From assembly GCA_007224835.1 (NCBI GenBank), contig SRMA01025353.1, positions 491,535 to 523,711 on the forward strand: DNA of 32,177 nucleotides, written 5' to 3'. The DNA is from Danionella cerebrum (lineage: Eukaryota). Under the pieces are notes generated by a model. It worked only from the letters and a program-made list of their open reading frames with translations. It was not told the origin of the DNA and searched no databases. Numbering within the stretch: the first letter of the stretch is position 1; each line of letters begins with the position of its first letter. Positions 22,900 to 32,177 of this stretch are shown one piece after another. The translations under genes and the position numbers were made by a program.

Positions 22900-23219
22900 T
22901 TTTAGATTTGTCTTTTCGTTACGAAAAAAGGAGCAGTGACGTCACCCGTCAGCAAACCAATAAACATCGACCATGGCGGTCATTTATGATCCCACAGCCA
23001 ATAGAATTGCAGTCCATGCAGATTGGTTTATCAGACAGCCATTCATAATCATATTTTCGGTTCTGCCTTAAGTGTATTTGTGCCGTGGAAGTCTTTCTGG
23101 GCGTGGTCGGTTAGACCTCACGCTTTTTTGGGACGACCGAAGACTTCAGCACAGTTTTCTGCAGGAAGAAGAGTCAGTGTTTAAGCCGGGGGTTCGCGGC
23201 GCCCTAGATAGAAATAATC
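22900..23219 (+). promoter_or_regulatory. jpt2: jpt2 CpG-rich promoter with perfect CRE palindrome TGACGTCA at 22937-22944
   Basis: Sequence gagcagTGACGTCAcccgtcagc about 280 bp upstream of the ATG. CpG-rich block 23090-23220. Confidence 0.5.
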
Positions 23220-23275
23220 ATGACTTCCACCAACATGTTTCAAGGACTTGATAGTAGCGGGAAATCAAGTTCAAG
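23220..23275 (+). CDS. jpt2: jpt2 (hn1l) coding exon 1 (MTSTNMFQGLDSSGKSSS + 2 nt); donor AAG|GTACAG
   Basis: ATG at 23220. A second in-frame ATG at 23235 (MFQ..) corresponds to the human JPT2 start MFQVPDSEGG. It lies downstream of the CpG-rich promoter and CRE. Confidence 0.7.
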
Positions 23276-24002
23276 GTACAGTTATATTGAGCAAACAGGG
23301 GGTTGAGGGTAATTTTGTGTTGACGTTTACAGCAGGAAGAAAGAGGAACTTTAGCGTGGACAAGTGCTAACGTTTACGTTACATGCTAACTCGTATGAAC
23401 TAACATTAGCGTCAAGCTTGACTCGAAGAAAACTCATCGAGGGCATGTTATGACTTACAATATTAACTCTAATTATTAAGAGCTCAGATGTTTTTATCAA
23501 TACCAATCTGTAGTGTGTAAACGGTTGGAATATGTTAAACGCGATGTTAATTAGTGTGTTGTCCGTTCGCGGCTTATGCGCTTATGGGTAAATAGATTAA
23601 GTTAACCGTTTTAACGGTCACTTTGACGTGTTTTGCTCAACCGTTATCTGTTTGAAACGAGATTTTTTTATATGTAATGCTCGATTTTTTTTTTTTTAAA
23701 GGAATTTTCTCTCAAAGTTGTTTTTAAAGCCCAAGCAAACTGAAGATATGTGATTTCAAAGTTTTGATGCGAACTGTTCAAACAAAAGGTTTTCGACAGT
23801 TAGACGTGCCAATTGTCATACATCTAGAGTTTGTTATCTCTGGGCCATAAAGTATGACCTTCCATACTTTTAACTGCAGTTTCGCTAATAACACATATGG
23901 GGGCGCTCTCAATCACTGCAATGTTTAGATTTATCATCTTCGCCTTCATTAAATATAGATTAAATTGTTAAATTGTTAAATTGTTTCTTCATTTGTTTGC
24001 AG

Positions 24003-24151
24003 AGTGCTGAGACCTCCTGGAGGAGGCTCTAGTAATATCTTCGGTGGTTGTGACGATGATTCTTCTGCCAGACGCCCAAACAAAATGTCCTCATCTATAT
24101 TTTCCCCTCCAGAGGAACCTCAGGCAACTTCTAGACGTTCCAATCCCCCTG
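24003..24151 (+). CDS. jpt2: jpt2 coding exon 2 (R VLRPPGGGSSNIFGGCDDDSSARRPNKMSSSIFSPPEEPQATSRRSNPP)
   Basis: Acceptor tttgtttgcag|AG and donor CTG|GTGAGC. Carries the JPT/HN1 motifs LRPPGGGS.NIFG and RPNKMASNIFG.PEEPQ. Confidence 0.85.
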
Positions 24152-25049
24152 GTGAGCTTTCAGTACACAGTTTTTCATCCTCTAAGTGAAAACCATCACC
24201 TGAGTGCCAGTCAATGTGAAGTGTTTGAACTTCTCATGTACTATGCAAACATTGGCACTTTGCATTTGTCACTTGGCACCTACGCAAGTTAGAGATGTAA
24301 ACTGAGATGATCAAATTGTAAATGAAGAATAGAACTCTCTAAATGCACCTAGATCTCTTAATTGTTGTATAGAGTGGAGTTTTTACGGTTAATCTGGAAT
24401 AAATGCCATATTCCAATGACTATTGGAGCCATAATGGTCTCTGGCAAAGCGGTGAAGATGCTGTTATGGGTGTTGTAAAGAATTTAAGGTTGTTTTGTGT
24501 ACTTTTGTGTTAATTGTGTTGAACATGTTCTGCGGTTAGTTGTAGTTGTATATTCTGGTCACCTCTTGAAGAGTATTATCATCAACGCTTGTGCATTTCC
24601 TTGAGCAAATTCCAGTGCTCTAGTTTCATTTGCAATATTTTTGTTACCATGGTCAATTCTCAGGAATGTTTTTGTTTTAAGTGACTCCTTCTAGGACCAG
24701 AATTTTTTTTATTTCCTTATACATACACAGGGAAGAGTGATAAAAGCAACATTAATTTGGTGAAATGTAAACGGTGTAATAAAGCTGAACTGTTAATGAA
24801 ATTAATGATAACGTTTAAGATACGAGACTAGAAAATGTACAGTAATTTTGAATTGGAACATAATGCTCTGCTCGCCTACCAATTAGTATGTAAACGTGCT
24901 GTTTTTAATGTCCTTAGGACTAAGGAGGAATTTTTCTTTACATAAGAAAGTTCCTTATTAGTGAAAAAATAATTTATGGTAAGCTAACTTTAATTAGGTT
25001 AATTGGAATATTCCTAAAACATTTTCTCAGGTTATTTTTCTTGTTTCAG

Positions 25050-25195
25050 GTGGAAAGAGCAGTGGGATATTTGTGGAGCCAGAAGCTTCTTCGGTTCAGA
25101 GCCGGCCCGTTCCCTCTGTTCCTGCTTCCAGTAACATCTTTGGAGGTGCGGAAGCTTCCCAATCACCTGCGAAAAGTCACCCCAACAAGCCAAAG
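25050..25195 (+). CDS. jpt2: jpt2 coding exon 3 (GGKSSGIFVEPEASSVQSRPVPSVPASSNIFGGAEASQSPAKSHPNKPK)
   Basis: Acceptor tcttgtttcag|G and donor AAAG|GTAGAA. Matches human NPPGGKGSGIFDE...[25 protein letters not shown]. Confidence 0.85.
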
Positions 25196-25776
25196 GTAGA
25201 ACTCCATCACACTTGTACAATTTTTGATCAGAGTTATCGGATGATGTATCGTGAGCTAATGTAATGCCTTTTAGCAGATTTTTCAGTAATTAAAAACATA
25301 TGAGGAGTTTGGCTCCTAAATGCAGCGCATACGTACATACATTTTATTTGTTATTTTCTTCCCTACAAATGGATTTGCATAAAGAATGCATATAGGCAAT
25401 AGTGGAAAACTACACTTTTATTAAATTATTAAATTTTGCACTTGGCTTAGGACTTAAGAAAGACCTCATCCTGTAATTATCTTACAAGTCTTTTTCTCCA
25501 CTGTGTTGGTCTCTTTAAATATTTGGATCCTTTTATTCCCTGCACTTGAGACAATCTTCAAACTAATCTTTTTTTTCTAGCCTTTAATTTCACTAACTGT
25601 TTAGCAAGAAACCAATCCTCAGTTTAAAGTTAATTTAGCAGTTGTTTGTTTCAAAGCAAATCCAAGTAATAATAGTTTTTTAAGGTCAGTACAACTATAC
25701 AAAAAAAAAAAAATGATAGGAATCAATGTCAACATTCCCATGCTCTGTTAAATCTAACTTTTTTTTTTTCCCACAG

Positions 25777-25819
25777 GATAATTTAAGTGTTGGTGTGCCT
25801 GCTACCCCTGAGCCTCCAG
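25777..25819 (+). CDS. jpt2: jpt2 coding exon 4 (DNLSVGVPATPEPP + 1 nt)
   Basis: Acceptor ttttttttcccacag|GAT and donor CCAG|GTAAAG. The phase is required to link exons 3 and 5. Confidence 0.65.
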
Positions 25820-25905
25820 GTAAAGAAACATGCTCTATATGTTTCCCTTGCAAACCTTTGTTCTTTCCAGTCCATGTTTAGTTCCCATCCCGTAATCTCT
25901 TACAG

Positions 25906-26138
25906 CTGTAGTTCCCAAGCCAGAGCCTGTTGTTGAAGCGAAGGTGGAGACGGTCACCCCTCAACTAACACCTGTAAAACAGCCTGCAGCTGCTGCACCT
26001 GAAACCAACCAGAGTTCTGATCCAGCAGCCCCACAACCATCAGAAAAAGACCATGAGCCCCGCCTCGGACCCCGCCCTCGTTCCCACAACAAGGTGCTCA
26101 ACCCTCCTGGTGGAAAGTCTAGTGTGGTTTTCTATTAG
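25906..26138 (+). CDS. jpt2: jpt2 terminal coding exon (..[28 protein letters not shown])
   Basis: Acceptor atctcttacag|CT. Stop TAG at 26136-26138. The C-terminus is nearly identical to human JPT2 [28 protein letters not shown]. Overlaps ORF track 25944..26138. Confidence 0.9.
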
Positions 26139-27431
26139 CCATGAGGGCTTCTCTCAAGCTTTTAACATCCTGAATCTCATGCTTTCTCATTTATTTGGTC
26201 CCTCTTTTGTTATTCATTCCTTATTTCCTTTTGCACTTGCTTTTGATTCATTCCTGGCTTTTTGTGTAATATGGAAGTCACCCCAGCAACTGAAAGGTTG
26301 TTGTGTTTAAAAACGGTTGCAAGGTTATGTTCACTTAAACCCAGTTTTCCTCACGGACTTCAGCACAGTCCCTGCAGTGTTCAACTGGAAACACGGATGC
26401 CAAGACCTTTGTGTCTCCATGGTCCTGTTAAACTCATTGAGTTGGTCCTGATCGCAGTTACTGTTTTCATTTGTGACTAATCTCTTCTATTCTTCCATTT
26501 CTTCTTTCATTGCTTGAGACAAAGCCAAATGCACAGTAGAATCTCGATGCCAAGGGTGCATTTGTTATTGATCACCAAAGCTTATGTGCTAGACAATGTG
26601 TGGGATAAAGTGTCATTGAGCACCTGGGAATATAAAAATCACAATCAACGCTTTTGAATGTAACCAGAGACTTTAAAATCCAGGTAGACCTGATTGTGGA
26701 TTTTGGAAAGTCATGTGTCTGTAAACATCTTTTTGTATTTCTCTCATAACAGTTTCCATCTCTCCTCAAAGCACTGTGCATCAGTGGTTTAATAGAAGGG
26801 ATAGGATTCCGTAATTTCTCAGAGGAAAGTTTCTTACAATGCAATACAACTGCGAAGTATTGGTTTTTGTGCTTTTTCTGTACTCGTTATTTTTCAAATG
26901 AAAGAAGTTTTCATAAGAAACTTTCTTAAGAAATTATGTTTTACAGATTTTGTTCAAAATAAAATATCAGACGTTTTCATTAAATATACTTATTGTCTTT
27001 TGTTTTATCTTTAAGGGTAAAACCACTTAATGGTATTAAACTATGAATTTGATTATAACAGACATAATTTTAACTGATGCTTCCGCTCAGACAGAAAGTT
27101 AAGCTGGGCGGAACTTTGTCTTTTGATATTGCATCACATGATGCGACTTGAGTCACCAAATTAGAGAGGTCAAATGCGTGAGCTTTGTGATGACTCAATT
27201 AAAAAGTTTGAGGATGTCAGTATTGCTATAAGGTCATTCTAACCCTGTTAGAATTTTTTTGAATTTTAGAATCCGCTGAAATGCTGCATTTTTTGAAAAC
27301 CAGACTTGCTTTTGTGAAGGAAAGAACCACTCTTGGGAGTGTAGTAAATTTCAGCACGGTACTTTGGTAGGATGCACTCCAGGTGTGAAATATACTTATA
27401 TTGTTTGTGGTACTTTGAAAGTCAAAATGGC

Positions 27432-27436
<5 letters not shown>

Positions 27437-27468
<32 letters not shown>
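27437..27468. repeat. (TA)16 microsatellite
   Basis: Perfect tatatata run, 27437-27468. Confidence 0.9.
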
Positions 27469-27471
<3 letters not shown>

Positions 27472-27999
27472 TAAAATATAATACTCTATATTTGTGTGTG
27501 TGCAATATAATTTTTTTAACACCCCAGAAAGCCTTTTTCAAGACATTACCATGCATATATGGGTAACCTGAACCATTAACGTTATAAACGTAAAAGATGC
27601 ATCGTTTTCTTTAGGCTTGGCACTAATTTGGTATCTAATTACTAAACAAATTAAAGGAGCATATTTATTGTCGAAATCAAAATGTCAGAAAAGCAATAGT
27701 CAGTCAGTTCCGCTTTCTGCAGCTGGGGGAGCTCTAGAGTAGCCGGTAAAATCTGATGGGCTTGGCCATCGACTAAACAACTTGCGTTCGAATGAACACT
27801 TTTTATACTGAAAATTAAACAATTTCTGGTATAAAACGTGAACGCTGTGACCACAGGCCTTCGGCATATTTCACTGCGCTTTATGATAGATATTGCGGTT
27901 AATTTCACCTCACGTGACACATGATTACAGCCCTAGCATTGCAGCTAGCATATGTTATTAACGGTATTTCCACCAATCCGTGGTGCAGCAAGACAGCAG

Positions 28000-28621
28000 C
28001 GATGAGACATCACTTTTCAGGCTTCCTCCATGCAGGCGCCGTGACGTCAGTTGCCGCTTCATCATCATCATCATCATTTTCCTCCTCTTCAGAATCCAGC
28101 GAAAGCCTGACGGAAACAGCATCACGAACCCCCGTCGCCCTGTCAGCCACCGGATTGATTTCTAACGCCGAAACAAGCAAACTGCCATAACGCTTGAACA
28201 TTCAGGAGAATCAGGACGGTATCTACTTCCTCTTTACATATTTATTTGTCTCCCGGCTGTTTTCACGGTTATGGCCGAGCTCTCGTGCCTCGATCGTTGA
28301 AGACACAGGCAGGTGCGCCTTCTGACTGCGCGATGATGTGATTTTCAAGCGATCGGTCTCGGTCCAGCTCCGGTGCAGCAATGAAACCGGGAGATTCCCG
28401 CGGAGCAGCGGTGCGCGAGTGATCGAGCCGCCCGCACTGTGGCGCGGGAGACTGTAGGCAAGAGTGACCGTTATCTCGCTGTCAAAAATAACGAACATTT
28501 GTAACGGCTGTGAAGTGACATCATGTCCACCTGATGACACGGTCGTGGTCTCGTCGAAACCGTGTCGCCATTTCAGTTTGCGATTGATTCATTCATTAGT
28601 CTCGGATCAAACACCGCGAAG
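28000..28621 (+). promoter_or_regulatory. mapk8ip3: mapk8ip3 CpG-island promoter / 5'UTR with perfect CRE palindrome TGACGTCA at 28042-28049
   Basis: Dense CpG over 28260-28620. ccgTGACGTCAgttgcc at 28042. (ATC)6 at 28061-28078. Confidence 0.55.
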
Positions 28622-28921
28622 ATGATGGAGCTGGACGAGGTGGTGTATCAGGACGACTACGGGGCCGTGTCCGTGATGTCGGAACGGGTGTCGGGCCTGG
28701 CCAGCAGCATCTATCAGGAGTTCGAGCGGCTGATTAAGAGCTACGACGAGGAAGTGGTGAAAGAGCTCATGCCGCTGGTGGTGACCGTGCTGGAGAACCT
28801 GGACTCGGTGCTGACGGAGAACCGAGAGCACGAGGTGGAGCTGGAGCTGCTCAAGGAGGACAACGAGCAGCTGATAACGCAGTACGAGCGGGAGAAGGCT
28901 CTGCGCAAACAGGCCGAGGAG
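28622..28921 (+). CDS. mapk8ip3: JIP3/JIP4-family scaffold gene, first coding exon ([100 protein letters not shown]); donor GAG|GTAAAC
   Basis: Near-identical to the RH1/JIP N-terminal region of human MAPK8IP3 (..[80 protein letters not shown]). The SPAG9 paralogue is not excluded. Synteny with cramp1-jpt2 favours mapk8ip3. Confidence 0.75.
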
Positions 28922-29327
28922 GTAAACACTGACATCACATCATCCCTTCATAAACTCCTGAAGAGAGGGGTTTTATTTTTAACAGGGGCATGAAGTGGAG
29001 AATTGAAGTGGAAATAGAAATTTTTACTTTAAAAACATTGTTGATACCGTTGGTTGTTCCCAAAGTCTTCTTCCAGATATGTTCTTCCAAACACTGGCTT
29101 GCTCTCTTCTTTCCAGAATAGGCTCTGGTTGTATTTTAAAAAGTCGTTTTGTTTGTAGTTAGCTTTTGTTTGACTGATAGTGTTAACAAGATGAATCCGT
29201 GTGTATAGCTTGTCACTACCGCAAGATGCATCTTTTAAATAAAGCGAAAACATTTTGAGCATTTGAGCATTCGCTGTAGCTTTATTATTCCATCCACTGT
29301 TAGCAATGTTTGGCAGTCTCAACAGAC

Positions 29328-29346
29328 CCCCCCCCCCCACCCCTTA
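29328..29346. repeat. poly(C) homopolymer tract C14-A-C4 in mapk8ip3 intron 1
   Basis: ccccccccccccccacccc. A second C10 run lies at 2331-2340. Confidence 0.8.
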
Positions 29347-30914
29347 AAAACCAACAATCCGAGGGGAAACACTCCACAGAATAAGCGGATTACTGGCAAA
29401 GCACTGATTATTACAAAAAAAAAGTTTTGTATAAATTAGTTCAGCAGCTTTGCAGAAAACCACATTTATTTGAGACTTAAGGTTTTCCAGATTTCTTCCA
29501 GGCCGTGATGTCACAGACCAAACACCAATATTAGAAAACATCACAAAAACTGTTTTTTTAGTCCTGCATTATAGTCCTGTGGTCATTTTCCAACCCTACC
29601 CCTCGCTCTCAATGTATTATCCATTCCAAAAGTTGGTTTAAATGCCCATAAATTAAAAAATGCATTATATATTACAGCAAACTGTGGGAGATATTTTGTA
29701 TGCGCATGTTAAGCATGGAAAGTGAATTATGTAAAAATTCAACATTTATGGTTATGTTTCCGAAACAGACAGAAACCATTGTTTACCACCTAGATTGGGC
29801 CATTGACTGAAACGGCAGATACTATTATTTTCATGCAGTAGCCCTAAGAGTGAAAGAGAGGCTCCAATGGGAAGACACCCAGAAATAGTGTAATGAAAAA
29901 GGATGTCTTACTCCTGATCACCTTTCCCTTGAAATACGTTATATATACGCCTTTTGATCTGATCTGTTCACGTTGAGACACAAGAATGAGACAAGCACAC
30001 TTCTAATACTTAAAAAGTTTTACCTTTAATAAAGACCCGAGGTTTGGCCATGGGAAAAGGCCTCATTATCTTTGACCTAGTGAAATCGCTACAAACTGCA
30101 GCTAGCAAATAGAGATCTTTCTGCGAGTGAGTACTGTCGTTTGCCCAGAAACGTCTCCCTCACAAAGAAAGTGGTATTTGTTGATTGCTGCATGAATCTC
30201 TAGGTCCTGTTTGAAGTTATGCACATGTTTGTAACTCAACACAGGCATCAACTTTGACTAGCATCAGTTCTTTATGCTAACATTTGGAAAACATTTTGCG
30301 ATGCTAACTCAGTCAGAACTTTACTCGGATTCTTGTCCATGGGGTTGTAGTTTAAAACCACGTTTTGCTGTTTTCCCTTTATTTAAGAACGTTTGACCAC
30401 TGTGAAGGTGTCTTGTTTGAGAAAGAGCAAAAGAAAAAACACAGAAGAGAAAATGGAATTTATTTCTATATATTTAGCACCTTTTAAATGTAAAATTTAT
30501 CCAGTACTGTATCTGATCAATCCTCAAAATCTGATGTGCTGCTTCTTGGAATATATTTTGTTGAGAAGGTAATATAACTTTCAATACCAATAGCCCAACA
30601 TTATTAGCATGAATCAAACGCATATCTTACTGCAACCCTGCACATTTCTATTTCCTTGGAGTCCAGTGGACGAGAGCGGGAGGATGATAGGCAAGGAGGC
30701 TGATTACGGATAATCAATTATCTCATAGAAGAATGCTGGCTGGTGCTGCAACCTGATTCTGGTGCTATGAGATGGAGAAAGAAAGAAAGTAAACAGCATT
30801 CTCCTATTTCACATCCTCTGGGATTGGCAGTAGTCTATAATGGCCCAAGAAAGAACTCATCTCACTGGTTCTGCCTCCTAGTCTTTAACCAATAACATAA
30901 AATCATCTGATTTA

Positions 30915-31080
30915 TTCAATCTTGTATTTTTTTTTTTTTTTTTGCTTTTTTTATTGGGCTGCCTCCTGAATGGAGTTTGCATTTCTCTGGTGCATGTGAG
31001 AGTTTCCTCTGGGTTTTCAGTGTTTCTCCTAGGTTTACAGGTTTGGAATACGGTCCAGTAGCTACATTATACGTATTGTT
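30915..31080 (-). mobile_element. possible diverged SINE fragment, same core family in reverse orientation, with poly(T) = reverse poly(A) tail at 30915-30952
   Basis: ggagtttgcatttctctggtgcatgtgagagtttcctctgggttttcagtgtttctcc resembles the reverse complement of the SINE core (ggagtttgcatgttctccctgtg..gggtttcctccgggt). A T(17) run precedes it. Confidence 0.35.
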
Positions 31081-31126
31081 ACATCCCTAGTAGGTGCTAA
31101 GCTTTAAATGAATTAAATACGCAACA

Positions 31127-32177
31127 ATAAAAGGCTTACCATAGCATTCATGTTGTTGTATGCCCCGTCCAGGATTCGAACCCCGGTCTCCCATGTGAAG
31201 GATGGCAGCATTACCACTATACTATCCTTGGATTGGTCTGGATGTCTTGGCAAAGATTGTTGTTAGGATGGTCTTTAAGGTTTTTTTTTTTTTGTTACTG
31301 CTGCCTTTATAGTCAACAAAAAAAGCATAAAATTAATGTATTTTAAATAACTAGTTCAAATTATATTTGAACAACACAAACCAAACCAAGGATAGTATAG
31401 TGGTAGCGCTGCTGTCCTTCACATGGGAGACTGGGGTTCGAATCTTGGTTGGGACATACGACAACATGAATGCTATGGCAAGCATTTTGGTTTCGTTTAA
31501 AAATGGTCATACATATATGTATAGTGGTAATATATGTATAGTATGGTTGGATTATACTATACGTAGGATAGTACAGTGGTAATGCTGCTGTCCTTCACAT
31601 GGGAGACCGAGGTTCGAATCCTACGACATGACAACACAAATGCTATGGCAAGGGGGAGCCGTAGGTGAGTGGGCAGGGGGCAGGGGGCCATATAATTATA
31701 TATGAATATAATTATTAAAATAATTATTAAGCAACAATAAAATGCTTGCCACAGCATTCGTGTTATCGTATGTCGCAACCAGGATTCGAACCCCGGTCTC
31801 CCATGTGAAGGACGACAGCAAAACAACTGCACTATATCCTACATTTAGAAAATCCCACCATACTATACATATATTACCACTATATGTATGACCATTTTAA
31901 GCAACAATAAAAAGCTTACCATAGCATTCATGTTGTCGTATGCCCCATCCAGGATTCGAACCCCGGTCTCCCATGTGAAGGACGGCAGCAACACCACTAT
32001 ACCATATCCTACATATAGTATATCCCACCATACTATACATATATTACCACTACACTTATATGTATGACCATTTTTAAACGACACCAAAATGCTTGCCATA
32101 GCATTCGTGTTGTCGTATGCCCCATCCAGGATTCGAACCCCGGTCTCCCATGTGAAGGATGGCAGCAACACCACTAT
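31127..32177. repeat. inverted/convergent tandem array of ~175-bp units, each with a tRNA-Asp-like Pol III element (A box TAGTATAGTGG, B box GGTTCGAATCC) plus conserved tail acgacaacatgaatgctatggcaagc and T-run
   Basis: Six copies are visible. Copy A is on the minus strand at about 31160-31230. Copies B (31382-31453) and C (31566-31630) are on the plus strand. Copies D (31767-31840), E (31940-32010) and F (32117 to window end) are on the minus strand. B/C and D/E/F converge on a centre near 31640-31730. ORF track entry 31863..32174 shows the protein-level internal duplication expected from a tandem repeat. Confidence 0.6.

Noticed and set aside
27700-27780. tRNA-like-looking segment GGGGGAGCTCTAGAGTAGCCGG..GCGTTCGAATG
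   Set aside because: No consistent cloverleaf, A box or B box. Probably chance or an element fragment.
28607-28938. His/Leu-rich and Ser-rich minus-strand ORFs over mapk8ip3 exon 1
   Set aside because: Antisense of the GAG/CTG-rich coiled-coil coding sequence. An artefact.
31863-32174. 103-aa ORF with internal duplication (VLLPSFTWETGVRILDGAYDN..)
   Set aside because: A translation artefact of the ~175-bp tandem repeat, not a protein.
1-32177. Prokaryotic-style reading of the six-frame ORF track (GTG/TTG/CTG starts, many 60-160 aa ORFs)
   Set aside because: The sequence is clearly vertebrate. Conserved proteins are split by GT-AG introns, and there are CpG islands, SINEs and microsatellites. 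Most track ORFs are intronic, antisense, or overlapping-frame artefacts.
31160-32177. Calling the tRNA-like cores functional tRNA-Asp genes
   Set aside because: Acceptor-stem and anticodon-arm complementarity is absent and the anticodon region is expanded. Only the A and B boxes and the T arm are tRNA-like. They are better treated as tRNA-derived repeat units.

Overview
The 32,177-bp window is vertebrate (teleost, probably cyprinid/zebrafish-like) nuclear DNA, not prokaryotic. The evidence is GT-AG introns with polypyrimidine tracts, CpG-island promoters, SINEs and microsatellites. The supplied ORF track uses GTG/TTG/CTG starts, and most of its ORFs are intron or antisense noise.

By protein homology and splice-site reading I reconstruct five protein-coding genes:
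- tmem11 (+ strand, 2 coding exons, 1562-3983, 187 aa).
- dhrs7b (- strand, 6 coding exons, 8605-6605, 305 aa).
- cramp1 (- strand, 19 coding exons, 20430-10548, 1107 aa; phases consistent at every junction).
- jpt2/hn1l (+ strand, 5 coding exons, 23220-26138, 208 aa).
- Only the first coding exon of a JIP3/JIP4-family gene, most likely mapk8ip3 (+ strand, 28622-28921), with its intron 1 running to the window end.

Gene order joins two human synteny blocks, tmem11-dhrs7b (HSA17p11.2) and cramp1-jpt2-mapk8ip3 (HSA16p13.3).

Non-coding content:
- A teleost SINE copy (5455-5790) and a possible second, diverged copy (30915-31080).
- (TA)n, (GTGC)n and (ATC)n microsatellites.
- A degenerate minisatellite in cramp1 intron 1 (19250-19640).
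- CpG-rich promoters with perfect CRE palindromes (TGACGTCA) upstream of jpt2 and mapk8ip3.
- At the 3' end (31127 to window end), an inverted/convergent tandem array of about 175-bp units. Each unit contains a tRNA-Asp-like core with near-consensus Pol III A box and B box and a downstream T-run. None folds into a canonical cloverleaf.

I found no sign of a novel defence or biosynthetic system. The most interesting items are the Pol III-competent tRNA-like array and a few unusual splice structures in cramp1.
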